Of a stretch of DNA of 64,000 nt, positions 14,312 through 29,000 are shown in pieces. The notes beneath the pieces are model-generated. The model saw only the letters and a program-made list of their open reading frames with translations, searched no databases and had not been told where the DNA came from. The DNA comes from Mytilus edulis (Eukaryota). The stretch is taken from the NCBI RefSeq assembly GCF_963676685.1, contig NC_092347.1, positions 11,036,001 to 11,100,000 on the forward strand, given 5' to 3'. Made by a program: the position numbers and the translations under genes. Position 1 is the first letter of the stretch, and the number at the start of each line of letters is the position of its first letter.

Positions 14312-15681
14312 TCTAGTAATTATAGTGATTATTTGATTGTCAGACTAAATATTTCATGATTATATAATTATTTGATAATCTAGGACTGTATTTTTTATTT
14401 TCTGATTAAAACGCGAAATTAGTGTATGTAATTTACCTCGGAGTTCAGTATTTTTGTGATTTTACTTTTTTTCAACCATCATGACTGGCTAACAATACCC
14501 TTGTCATTACGGCATTGGTGTACGAACAATCAAATTCTCCAGCGAGAAGTTTTATGCAATCGATGATTAACGGCGACCCAGGACTGTCGTGAGTGAGTGA
14601 GTGTCGGGCGTCTGGCGTTTACACAAATCATGTAAATGGGTGCATTCTAAAAAGAAATTCTTTAATAGAAAAGGAATATCATGTTACTTGTCTCATTTAA
14701 AAAAAAATTAATTATTACTAGTAATGTGTATAAATATCGTTGTCAATTTGTTATTGACTCGTATTTTAAATAAGACCTTAAGTTGGTATCTTTAGCCTTT
14801 TATTTGTAAAAAAACAAACCTGATCATTGGTCTAACATTTGGCAAAGTAATAAGGAGAGGGTCAATCAAACTCGTATGTCGAAAAGACACAGACAACGTC
14901 ATGGCTAAAAGACTAAAAAGACAAATATAGAAACAATAGTTCACAAAATAAAACATAAAAAAACTTAAGACTGAGCAATACAAACCACACCAAAAATGGG
15001 AATGATCTCAGGTGCTCCGGAAGGATTCTGCACTATATGAGGCACCTGCCGTGTTGCTCATGTCATTTCAAACCCGGTAATAAGTCTTATTCAAAATCAA
15101 AGGAAGCAAACTTCATAAAAATCGTTCTTTTCGAGGCTTCCAAATTGAACTGATATTATACGATTGTCGTTTTAAGATACATAAAAGTGCAAACTGTTTA
15201 TGCTAACTGTACCGCTGTTTATCATTTTTGAAAATACATCTCTGTTTATGACTGACGAGAATAAATTTCTTGAAATATAAACACCAATTTCCCAGTTTAC
15301 ATTATATATATAAATAGATGACACACAATGATACTATTAAACGGTTAACCGCAATGGTTCGATCCACCATTTTCTACATAACAAAATGCCTGTACCAAGT
15401 CAGGAATATGACAATTTTTATCCATTCGTTTGATGTGTTAGAGCTTTTGATTTTGTCTTTGGAATCGGGACTTTCCGTTTAGAATTTTCTTCGGAGTTCA
15501 GTATTTTTGTTAATTTACTTTTAATTGTCTCTTTTGTTATTGAGAATTATAAGATATTTCACTTAAAGCATTCATAAGACAAACGTTATAGCAGCTGTTG
15601 ATTGTATATTAATATTATAGTATGTTGGAATTGATAGTAACATTATAAGTGTTGTAAAAATATCTTAACAATTGTAATTAA

Positions 15682-16283
15682 GGGCATACGATACAGTTAC
15701 AGGGAAGGTAATGACGTTGCTAACGTAAAATGTTATTTTCGCGACGTCAAACTATGACATATCGGGAAAAGATGCATTTTCGACTGATTTTTATCATTCA
15801 AACTGATTTAATTTGAAAACGAGTGCATGGACCCCTACTTTTTAAAACAGCAATTTGTTTCATTTTGCAAGGAGATTATGTGACCCAAATTTTATAAAAC
15901 TGTAAATAGCGCAATCTTTTTAATTTCGATAAACATGCAGCAAAAATGACGTTTTTTCCTCTATTCATGAACATTTGATAAATATAGAGTTATTTCGGAA
16001 TAAAAATTGCATAATTTTTAATGATACTTATAAAATATTTAACAAAAAACAATTTGTGTTTATCTTTTAAAACAAAAAAGTTATGTCTTTCTTTCGAAAA
16101 AGAAAATACAGACACAAATCTGAATTTTGAGCAAATATACAAAATTTCGACCTCATTTTACTCAAAAAGTAGCACATGAAGGTATATTTTTTATTACATA
16201 TTTGATTTAATCAGGTAAAAAAAAGCCTATATGCAAATTTTCAACAACTTGTAAATACAGGTTCAAAACTGTATCGTATGCCC
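15682..16283. mobile_element. TTAA-flanked MITE with 17-bp perfect TIR (Kolobok-like)
   Basis: TTAA|GGGCATACGATACAGTT ... AACTGTATCGTATGCCC|TTAA. Confidence 0.85.
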
Positions 16284-19200
16284 TTAAAATTGAAACAGAT
16301 TTGTTTTCATAAAAAAAAGTCTTTAAAACATTATTGTGTATTATGTAAGATTTTACAGGAGTTCGAAAGGTAAATAAAGTTTGTAATTATAATAAACGTT
16401 TATTCATTCTAAGCACAGACATATAACTATATTTCTTCATTATAGCAGTCTACAATATTATAACCTATACAGAACCTACTGTTGTTTAAATAAACGTCTG
16501 ACATGAAAATACTCCTACTTTTATAAATTTACATGCCCAGCTGATTTCATTTCAAATAAACAATGTGATCTATTGACCTTCAAAAGAGAATATTAAACAT
16601 ATTGTGGTTAATTTTGTATTTATTGTTAATGTAACTGTGCTGTATTTTGTGTTCTAAAATATAAGACTAATAATTGTTATGCCATTTTAGCTACTCCCTT
16701 AGACAGCTGCATGATTTGTATTTATCTTTAAAGCCATATGAAACGATTGACCGGTGAAAAATAATGTTAATCAAATTCTTGAACCTTACTATACATATGT
16801 CTCATTTGCAATTATAACACATATTTTTTTTATATATATATCATAAACATTATCTTTTGTTCACGATTTTATCATTTGTTTTGCATAAATTTCGTATAAT
16901 CGTCAATAAATATTCAATAAATATTTCAATCGGTCAGTGTTGTAATGAAAATATGGCAGCTAATTAATGGTCGTGTTTTGAAGCCGAAGTTTAACGATTG
17001 TAAACAATCAACAAAGAAGCATTAATATTCAGGTAAGCACGTGTATTACAGGTACCATAATATATAGTTTATCTTGATGTTTATGTTTTGTTTTCCATTC
17101 GCACTTGCGTACTACGATCACCGGATTTTTACGAGAAAGGCCACTCTGCATACGGAAAACATGTCGACGAATTGTTTGCTGGAATTTTCTTGAGAAAAAA
17201 GTATATGTACCCAAGGTTTATAATACAAACAAGCCATTTATGCAATTTTTTTTTAATTTGTAGTTTCATATGATTTTAACCGTTATTTTACTTATTGTAG
17301 TACATACATGTTTATTGTTTCAGTAACAAATGTGAAGCATGATCTGCTAAACTTTCTGCTACGCATGATTACTCTTCCGTTTTTAGTGGTATTTGTGTTG
17401 CTCAGTCTTTTGTTTTTTATGTTATGGTTATGGTTTGTAGGTTGTTGTTTGTTTTTTTGTCGTTTTCGGTTTTTGTCAGTATAATGTTAGTTTATCTTCT
17501 ACTAATGAGTTTGAATAGCTTTTTGATAACTTCTGCTTCTCTTTTACACACGTCATGCATACTTGAATCATCGCCTTACTTATATTTCAACTAGATTTTC
17601 CCCCTGCTTGTGGACTTTGCCGTGGAAGGTACCATTTCTCAATTGAATTGTCGCATTATTAAAGGATATAACTTAAAAAAATATCTCAGAAATTTAACGG
17701 AGCAAATATAAAATAAACACTACAATTCATTAAGGCAAACTTGTCTTTTGACCGATGTGGCATTTCTGATTTAGTTTTGTCTATCTGGTTTTCTAAAATA
17801 TTTATATAGTAAGAACAAATCTGTAGAAGGTTTTCTCAATTGTGCATGCTTAAATTGGCATTAAGCATTTAGTTGACAATAAATCTACAAAAGACAAATA
17901 AGATATTACTACAGTGCTTTCAGCAATGGTACATCTAAGACTTTAAGTATCAATAAAAGGAGATGTTTTGAAATGTACCAAAGGGAGCAACCATTTATCG
18001 TCAAAGGAGGTTAAGTTTTTTTTGCTTGACTAGACTATTTTTTTCTTCTTCATTCAGTTCAAGAGCAGACTATTTTGTTTTAGACGAAAACACGCCAACA
18101 TTTCCCTAAAGAAGACAGCAACCAGACGACAAAATAAAGAAACGACACTCAGACAACAACATTCAGTTTTAAACAAAAGACAAGTGTCTAAACAATATGT
18201 CAGATTCCTTATATAAACATCCAGTATGAAATAAACTTGCAACAATATTTATTGATATTACATTGAAGTGAACCTTATTTTGTGGAGTGTTTTGGCAACT
18301 TATTAATTTTCTGTCTTTATTTATAAAAGAATTTAAACTATTTACATTGTACATAATATATCTAACTACAATATATTCACATAATTTGATCAAATATCAT
18401 TCCTACAGCAAATATGTTTCAATATTGAATTAATTTAAAAGTACTTGTAACAAAATAAAATAAATGTATAAAGTCTTATTGTTAAGAATTAATATCTCAT
18501 GAGTGGTAATCTCGAGAAAAATCCAAAGATCTCGAAGGTTTGAAGAATAAGCCGGAGAAAACAACTCGTGCATGTTATTTTTATGAATTGTTTCAAGTAA
18601 AAGATTGTTGCAAAACGTTCTAAAACCAAGCCCATTCACTTTTGAATTATTTCACTTTGAATAGCGGTATACTACTGGTGCCTTTATGTGTCATGTCGTG
18701 GCCTTTTACCCATGGAGGTTAATTTACGATATGGGTTTTGTTCATTGTTGCATGCCTTACCGTCCATTATAGTTGTTGGTATTCTCGACAATTCGCTCTT
18801 TGGTTTCTGGTTGATAGCCATATATGTTCATCTTCGTATTTGTTTTGTTAACAATAAAATTAGGAAATATTCAAATTTACAGATAAAGGCAAATTTCCAT
18901 TTTTTGTATGTTAATACGGTGTCATCCTTAACCATTTGTGTGTTTAAAAACTATAGTAGTAAAATGTCTGATTTTGATTAGAGAAAAATATTTAAGACAT
19001 AAATTATGTTAAAAAAAAATAACCCTCTTATTAAGTAGTAATCGAATACAAAGTATATCGCCTCTAATTAAAAAGATTAAAATATAGAATTGAAGGGTTG
19101 ATTCACGACGAAATATATGGCATGAATGTAAGAGTCTTTATATTGGCTGGTATGTACGTTATCAGTAATACGATATACTATCAATTTTCCAGCGGTAGTC

Positions 19201-20017
19201 ATATGTACGAATTATATGGTATCGTTTCTTATGTTACAGTTGTTTATTTATTACAGTTCAAATTTCTTCTGAATGATTTTTGTTCGTTAAAATAAACAAA
19301 GAACCTAAACACAACTCAATAAACAAACAATAAGTCAACAAAATCAAAACGACGAAGATTGAAACAAAGGAAATCAAAATTATAAGACACTGATAAATAA
19401 AGTATACTCAAATTTTGAAATAAAAACCGACGATTCCTTGCGTTTAAGGAGGAGATTCGAAATACCATTTCGTATTTGCAAATTTGTTTTGCATAAAGTT
19501 CAATTGCTGGTTATTTTTGTTTCTTGACTTGACAGGTGTATAATTGCAACAATGTTCTAAATGTTTTAATGCATATGCACTTTGTGTTGTTACATATACA
19601 TCACAATACATAATTATTAGATATCAGTTTTCAGACACTGACACAAAAGTGATATTAAAACTTAAAATTATCAAAATTACTATAATGAAAATTCGGTTAA
19701 AGATGATATTCTATCACTTAATAGGGATATTTTAAACTTTTGTTTATTGGTCTTTAGTGATTGATACATTTAAAATCTTTTGAAAAAATATCGCATATAT
19801 TTCGGTCATTTTAATACATTAACTTACTTTGCGTTACCTTTCAACTCTCGTTTTTACATTCGTAACTATAAACTGTAAGATCTTCTCTATAAACAACACG
19901 TCATTTAAAACAAACATATTGAAGTTACGATTTCGAATAAATTTTAAACATTGCAGGAATAATATTTTGTATAATAACAAAGTATAGACAAACAAAAATG
20001 ATTTACTGTGGAATATA

Positions 20018-23000
20018 ATGAAGATTGGACCCCTTATAATGCAACTTCAGCAAATAAAGATAAAAAGTTCTGTAGGGTTAGCTTTCCTACTGTTTTCAGG
20101 TAAGTTCTCTAGTTGACGACAGTTGATATACATTTGTTTGCTCCTATCAGGTTGTCTCACTAACATAAAAAGCATACAGTATAGACAGTAATGAAATCTA
20201 GAGAAATACTAAAAAAAATTATATATATCTTTCATTTTTTTCTTTGAAAATCCAGTTATTAAAGAAAATAATAATTATTATAAAAATAAAAAGATGTGGT
20301 GTGCATTATATTTGCACACAAAAAAATGTTGACGTCATAATCGAATTTCGACCAATGTTGAGCTAAAATCAAAACCACACGTTTATAAATTAAAAAATTA
20401 ACATGTCAGGAAAGGCATAAATCGAGTAAGAATTCAGATATAAGTACTACGTTTTATACATCAAAACACAACTCCAGAAAAGAAGCATAATCAATCTTCA
20501 ACGCAATTAAAAGTTATACAACCAAATAATCTTAATTTAAATGTTGCTTGCTTAATGTCTGGTGTCGATTATGTCATGCATATTCACGACGAGACTAAAT
20601 AAGTAAATAAAAGTTAAGGGTGGTACACTATAAATGGCATAGAAATGGAAAAGGGGGTTGTATTATACAAGATCAGAACTGTTACTTTGCCACATGTCAC
20701 CATTTTATATTAAAAAAAAGATGTTTTGTACATCCCAACCTTCTGTTTTTCTAATTAAAAAAAAAGAAAAGAAAATAGAAAAAGTTTTGGAAACCTATCA
20801 AAAACAGAAGCAGGAACATAGGAAATTATTGCATTTGAACAATTTCTATTTGGTTATGATTAAATTTATTTTTATTAAATATACTAGTATTAATGAAATT
20901 GTTTCATTAACTATAAGATTCTTACACATACAATTACGGAATAGAGGCCAATATTTGATAAATTATTTATTTCATTATGGTTTGATGATCTTGTTAACGT
21001 TTATGATGAGTTCATTTACACTTAATAATTGTCATTCGTTGTTGGCCTTATTGTAGATCAATATAATAATTGATAAATAACCTTCGTACGGTCATTTCAT
21101 TAGTTCAAAATAGAATAAAGTGAAAACAAAATTATAGGAAATGCATTGAAGTGGATGAAAAAGATACGCAACACTAACACAACTAAGAAATCTTTCTGTC
21201 CATGTTATCAAACAATACCCTCGCCTTACTCAGACGTAGAGTAAAATTAATTAAAAGGAGTTTAACAATTATAGATCTCAATAAAACAAAAGAAAAATGT
21301 CTTAGTTGTATTATTTTTTCTTCTTCATCTCATTTTGAAAAAAAAACTTCCGGTTATTTATTGTTCTGCTCAATACAGAAATGTACAATGCACAAGTCAA
21401 AATGACTTAATTATCTTGTCCTTGTCCATGAATACTACTGAATAGGGTTTATAACATATCTTACCATTATCCTCGAGATTTCGCCCTGTGTCACAAGTTT
21501 GCTAGATAAAAATATACTGCGTGATATGACCAGTCTGTTATTGAATTTTGAGATAAAAATACAAATGTTTTGATCATATCATTGTGAAGACATGCCTTTT
21601 TTTGGTATTATATGGCTTGCATGAGATGCTCCCAAGTTTTCATCCAATAAACATTTCCGACGCTTTAACCGCAAAGAGTTTATTATTTGAACGTGCTGTA
21701 TAACACTGAAGTCAAATGTTGTAAAAATTATTTTGTGTATATTTTTTTTTAAATTTTGAGTGATTGATTATTTGACAAGCAAAAAGATACCTCTTATACA
21801 TTTATTCAAAACCAACTGAATTAAAGCATAATTTAATATAGCAGTATCATCTCATTGGGGTTAGTGTAGCGTGTAAGGTTTTGAGTTGGATTCCCGGCGT
21901 GGTCAAACCAAACAAACAAAATGCTGTTCTGGTAAGCTTGCGGAATGAGTCGTTATATGGTTGGAATAATACATTCGGGAAGAGTTTTATCTCTCGTATT
22001 GGCCTGTTACATTGTACACAGTCGCCATTATCGTCTCATCATCGTCATCTGTTTGAATATAAGATGTAAATTTTAATATTTAAACACACTTATGATGACG
22101 ATGTTGTTTATTGTGATAATGTATATAAAAAATAATGAAGCTGTTAACCTTTTAATTGACGAAACATCAAGCGAGTGACACAAAAAGCATTCATTTGTGC
22201 AAAAAGTAAAATCACAAAAATTCTGAGTTCCAAAAATTGATGAAGGAAAGTCCCTAATCAAATGGGAAAATCAAAAGGTCAAACACATCAAACGAATGGA
22301 AATCAACTGTCATACTCTTTACTTGGTACAGGTATTTTCTTAGTAGACAATGGTGGATTAAACAAGTTGATCTTCACAATAAGGTTCTTTATTGCCGATT
22401 ATATACTGCTTCTGACGACCCAGCTACACCTCATGGGTAGTCAAGGTTGCATGCAACCACACTCGTCGTACTTCTGGCCATATCATATTATAAGAGTGAA
22501 TGTTATTCAATTATCTTGTCAATAGAAATGATAGAAATAAATAAACAAATTATGTACATTGCGATGAATGTATAATTGTTATTCGTAATATTTCGTGCAC
22601 TTTTTCACGTGATGGTCTATTCGCAATCTTTTTTGTCGCGTGCTTGTTTTTATGAAAGGACTACTTCGAAAGTTCCAGTGATAGTGACACAACAAACAGT
22701 AAGTACTGCTTATTGAGTACATACATATAACTGTTAATGATTTATTATCAAGTTGATACTAGAGGATGTCTTAAGGTTGAATGGTATGAAATGAGTGATC
22801 ATAATCGTTTGATAATATTTAGCATCATTTTTTAATTACTTTTGTAGTTTACTTCAACTCGAAAATTCAATGATTTTTTTTTTCTTTTTCTTGAAATACT
22901 GTTTTTCTCAATACATTTTAAAACTTTTCACATTTGAAGAAAATGCAAAACAAATCAATGGATTGTCTAATAGAATATTAGTTCCAATTGATACATGTAA

Positions 23001-26000
23001 CAATGAAATTTTGTTAAGACGGTCACCAAATTCTTTTGTTTTATACATATTTATCAACTATTCTGTTTCTATGTTCGTATTTAAAAAAGATTTCACTGCT
23101 CTGCTGATGTTATATTAAGAACTGCACTTTCAATTACCAACACACCAAAAAACGAAGTCGTTGATCTCTTTTCTTATTTAAATTCAGTTATATGTAAACA
23201 GTTAACTCAAAGCCTTTCCAGGTTAAAAGGAAATCTAAAACAAATCTTTGACATCGCCCATTTACTGTTTCTGGATCTGAAGTCTGTCTGACATGATAAA
23301 CAATGTTTAAATTTTTAAAAGTAAATTTCAAATATTTATATCTGGTATTTCAGTTCTGAAATGTATTGAATGACAAATACCGCCAACAATGTTAGTTTAA
23401 ATTCCTTAATGAATTATTGGAAATCGTTTCTTAATTATTTATGTGTTACTTTTACTTTAATATGCATATTTATATTTGCTTTCCATATCGATATTTAACA
23501 GTGCTGTTCCTTAATTTCTCTTAGACTCTATTGGCCATAACGAAGAAAATATCTGATATGAAATCTTTAGTTTGCTATATTTTTTACCATGTGGCGTTCA
23601 TGTTTTCATTATCAGGTTAGTAATTTTATTTAAATAAGTGTTGCACGGTTACTACAAGTACATATCTTAAATTTGTAACTTTTTTATTCATGTTTTTGTT
23701 GTTTTATTTTCTTTTATATATATATAGTTATTTTTTATAATTTGTGTATCTGTGGGTGTGTTCATGATATTTTTATACATTTCTAGTATTTCTTATGTCA
23801 TACATGTTGTTATTGTTTTATCTTTATAATCATTATTGTTACTATAAGGAACAGTTTTAACACTATTTGCTTTCACATTAATATGTACACATTTTAGAAA
23901 TTATAATGTGCTCCATAGACAACATGATTATTTTTTTAAACTGATAACAATAAGCGATGTGGTAATTTTCAAAGTTTTTTTTATGAATTTCGTGCATGAA
24001 AGTGTGACATAAGCCAGAATTAAATAACAAACAGAAACATCCAGAATGCAAATAAACTCATCATAGATACCAGGATTAAATTTTGCATTTACGCCAGATG
24101 CGAGTTTCGTCTACAAAAGACTCATCAGTTACCCTTGAATCTAAAAAAGTTAAAAACGCAAAAAAAAAGTACGAAGTTGAAGAGCATTGAGGACCAAAAT
24201 TCCTAAACGTTTGCCAAATACAGCTAAAGTAATCTATTCCTGAGGTAATAAAGCCTTAGTATTTCAAAAATTCAAAATGTTTGTTAACAGTGTATTTATA
24301 AATATGACCATATCAAAGACAATTCATACCAGCACAGAAGTGCTGACTACTGGGCTTGTGATACCCTCGGGGAATTAAAACTCCACCAGCAGTGTCATCG
24401 ACCTAGTAGTTGTAAATAAACTCATCATAGATACAAGGATTAAATTTTGTATTTACGCCAGACGCGCGTTTCGTCTACAAAAGACTCACCAATCCAAAAA
24501 AGTTAAAAAGGACAAATTAAGTACGAAGAAGATACAGTCTTCAACAATAAACAGATGTTAACAAATAATTCTGCACCATATAATCAGACATCAACAACAA
24601 ATTCTTTATTTAAGAAAAAATAACAATACGATAAGATATTGATTTATACGGACAACCTATGACTAGTATCATAACTTGGGACTGACATATGAATATGTCA
24701 AGGCGTTCAAAAATTGTTGTAAAGTCTCAACCGATCTCCTCCTTTTCAATGTCGGTCAATGGACAAACAAAACGTACATAGAAGTACCAACATATAACAA
24801 AAATCCGTTTTGGGAAATCAAGTGAGCCTTAAATAACGATTGAACAGATAACACAAATCATAATAGATAAGAACCAGTAACAAACCATATCAAAGAATGA
24901 TCGTTATGACTTGAAAGTAAGTCGAATAAGTGTGTTCGATAGGACAGTGATACTGAGCACATTCAATGATTTTACAATATTGAAGAGGGTGGATCTAGGA
25001 TTTTGGAAATGGGACGGTTTTATTTTTAAAATATAAACATTTTTGAATGATCATATGCTAAAAATAAAAATAATTAATGTTCAAATCAGTGAAGGGGTCT
25101 TCAACATCCCCCTTGATCCGCCTCTGTTGAGGGAAAACCCCAAGGTTTTACTTTAATTTATTAATCAATAAGAGGAATAGTAACAAATACAATATTGTTC
25201 ATAGCTCTCTTAAACAGTTAATTTTTAAAGTCTTTTCGAGGGTGATTTGAAACATTTGGGATATCTTGTATTTTTCATAATCATTCTAGGATTTTTTATA
25301 TCGTTTAGAGTCGTTTTCTTTAAATTGCAAACCTCATTCAAAAACATTTAGTTTAATGAACTGTAATATACAAATGTATTATAAATAATATAATTACACG
25401 ATAGCCTGATATGTCTTTTTGTGATAGTTGCTGTATAATTAGTTTTTCTAAAAAAAAGACAATTTAATCTATGTCACTATTAGACATTCACTTACTTCTC
25501 AATCATCTCTAAGAATCAATGCCAATGTCCCTTTGAAAGATATTTCGTCCTGTTTCAAGTGGGATCTTATCTGTCTTTATCAAACAACACTTTTGTTTTT
25601 AAAATCCGGTTCCTAATTAGCCCTAACATTTAAGTGAGATGTAACAGTTCGTCATTTTAAAAGGTGAAAATTAGATGTTATTATTTTATACATTAGAAAA
25701 TTTATTCAATTTTAAATGAAAAAAAAAATCACTCTGTGCTATAAAAAAAACCACAGCTTAATAATGACACATTCCTTAACAAACAATTTTATTCTAAAAA
25801 ATTTCTCAATACACCTATTGGCAGTTTGATATTGCATGGTTTGAAAACAGTTCCGATTCAGCAAAGTTGTCTCTATTTAAAGGCCTTCCATTTTTTTTGA
25901 CAAACAATCTTACGATAAAAATTTATCGTGAGTTATACTGAAATGTGTATGACTTACGAGTAATTTTTTTTATGAAAAAAGCCACTGAACCTTGTATGAT

Positions 26001-29000
26001 CATGTTTTCTTTTCAATACAATGCAATATAGGAATAAGCTTATATATTTATCTATTAAATGCAAAAAATAGTTTCAAATTATAAGAAAAATAATGACTGA
26101 ACTGAAGTGTTACATGTACCTTCTAATTTTATTATAAATATACAAAGACAAAACAATTTTAATGTATAGACTAACATATTCGCGTAAAGTAATTAGATTG
26201 AATACACTGAACGAACTATACAAAATGATTGAAAAGATACATTTTATTTTGTGCAATATTGAGTAAACCGAGATAACTGGCCAAATTGGTTACATGTAAA
26301 GTCTGTATAACTAGATCCTAAACTGATTGTAACTTATCATAATAGTATAAATCTAATATTTTAAGGACCCTGGAGGATTATGATATTTAAGATTGTTTAC
26401 TTTATCGCAACAAATTGAAATTAATATGGAATAGTGTATATAATTACTGCTATTAATTTCCATTTTCTTGTCGCACAACTTGTCAACCAATAAAAAATTG
26501 ATGTGATAAATGAGTCGAAGTAAGATTAGGAGAGAGAAATTAGGAATTAACGTCATGGACCGACTTAATCTAAAATAGAGTACCTTAGAAATTTTAAATC
26601 GTTTTGAAAATTGATTTTTATTGACATTAACCTAGGCCACTGACTGCCGGAGGCTCATTGATCCGAAGAGACACATATGTCCATGTTTAATACATGCAAT
26701 TATAAGTCAAAGATTGTAGACAATTGAAAAGCAGGTCACAGCTTGACCCCAGGTCTATCAGCATGCGTAATGGAAAGACGTGATGGCGAACCGCAGAAAA
26801 TTCAGTAAAATTACACAGGAGACAAACATCAGATTTTCTCACTAATTTTACACCACCATAATTAAATCGAAACAACGTCTTGGGTATATACATATACAAA
26901 AGAAGATGTGGTATGATTGCCAGTGTTACAGGTATATATTTTCACTCGTAAGTTCTAAACACCAACTACTACCCCTCCTTTTATTTTTATCACCAAACCT
27001 AAGTTTGAATTGAAATTACTAAGTCTCCTGATCAAAAAGTCTAGATATTTCCAGGAAAACTTAAATCATGGAACGAATTTGAATTCAATAAAGCATTTCA
27101 ATAAGTAGTAAACTTTTGACTGTATCTAACTTTTTACAATTTTTAGATGTGAGTTGTAGCAGTTATTCAAAGCAGATATCTGAGTATTTATTTACTGACT
27201 ACGACACAGGACTCCGACCAGTATGTGACGGGATTACACAAGTAAATCTAACAATGGGCGTAGCTGTTAGACAACTGATAGGTTTGGTATGTTTTTTCAT
27301 CATTTATACATCATGGTTTCTCATCATGTCAGTTTGTTTCCGATCTATGAGCTTGACTGTCCCTCTGGTATCTTTCGCCCTTCTTTTAGACTGTAACGAT
27401 CAAGATGTGTAAGACTCTTTGTCGGTTCGTTAAACAATCTCATTTGATATTCTGGTCTTATTTTTAAAAGCACCAGAATTTATGCAAACCACGCGAAATA
27501 AAAGTATTTACAAAATATTAACAAAATCGAACGTTAAACAAATGAAAAACAACTGTTATAATCATGACTTAGTACAGATACTTGCGAACTTGACCAAGTA
27601 TTTTGAAGTTAATAAGTCAATGAAACTGAAATTTGTGTTTTCAAAGTCAATTCATTTAACAACATTCATGCATTTGCTAAAAAAAAAGATATAGCAGACG
27701 TTTAGCGGATCGAGAATGAACAATTGTATTCTACTGCTCTTGAAGATCCGTGTAGAATACATTCTAAGTTTTACGAAATTTTATGAGAGCTACAACAATG
27801 ATGTGAGGTCAGACCATAAAGAAATAGAAAATAACATTTCATACCATTTGGAATAGAACTTTTTGTTTCGAATCATTTTAATTTTTAAACGCCAATAATA
27901 TCTTATATTTCTCTTTAAAAGGATGAACCAAATCAAGTAGTGAAGTTAAACTTATGGGTACGATTGGTAAGTTACAAATGTTTAATAAATACCTTATAGT
28001 TAGTAGTAGTAATTATAATAGGCAAAGGTTTCAAGTAATTTCACTGCCTATACTTTTTAGGCTTCACGAAGATGCGTGACAAATATAGAAAAGAGAAGAG
28101 TTGGCGTTAATGCCATTGAGACAATTTTCCACTAGAGACATAGAAGTTTCGACTATTGGTTCATCGTATGACCTTCAACAATGAACAAAACCAATATCAC
28201 ATAGCGAGCTATATTAGGACATGACACATGTAAGACAATATAGACAAAAGTAAAAAGAAGATATTTAAAAAACGTTTCACGTGCACATGGAGATAGGTGT
28301 CATACATGTACGTTTACTTTGTTCGTAGATAAACAAACCATGCAAGGAAATAATCACACATATTCCAACAACAAAATAATAATAGAAAACAATATAAAAA
28401 CCGACTTAGTCAAACATTTAAAGAGAAAATATATGTATTACTTATTTATATATTGACAATAAGTCCACAAAAAAGCTATGCAATAAAAGATTCACACGAA
28501 ATTAAGGCCCTGCCACAAAAAGTCCATATTTTTCTATCAGTTAGTAACGTTTTTGATGGTTTGCTAAAACGTAATTATGTATGCCATGTGACTATTTTAA
28601 AAGTAATGAATAAGAAGCTATCGTAATTTTACTGCCAATGATACAAATATTCAAAAAAGTCAATATGTATGTAATACTATGTCTTTATATAGTCAATGTC
28701 AATATCGGCTACAACTGATGTTATAAAACTTTCGACCTCGTTACTCAATATCATTATCGTGAATTAATTCAAATCAACTGTGATAACTAAGAAATACATT
28801 GTATGCATAATGTTCCTCTTTTAAGGAAGCGGGTATTTTCATGTCCCATTCACGATCGCAACTGTTACAATTTCTATTGTATCCTGCTTTTAAATCATGA
28901 ATCTCAACTTAATTCTCTGGATCTAGTTTGTATTGGGATTGCATCTTATTGACTTATACACCTCATATCGTTATAGAATATATACCAGTTGATTTGCTTT

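Noticed and set aside
17029-26899. Numerous 60-130-aa ORFs in intergenic and intronic DNA
   Set aside because: Low-complexity I/F/K/L/N-rich translations expected from AT-rich sequence or repeats; no recognisable domains.
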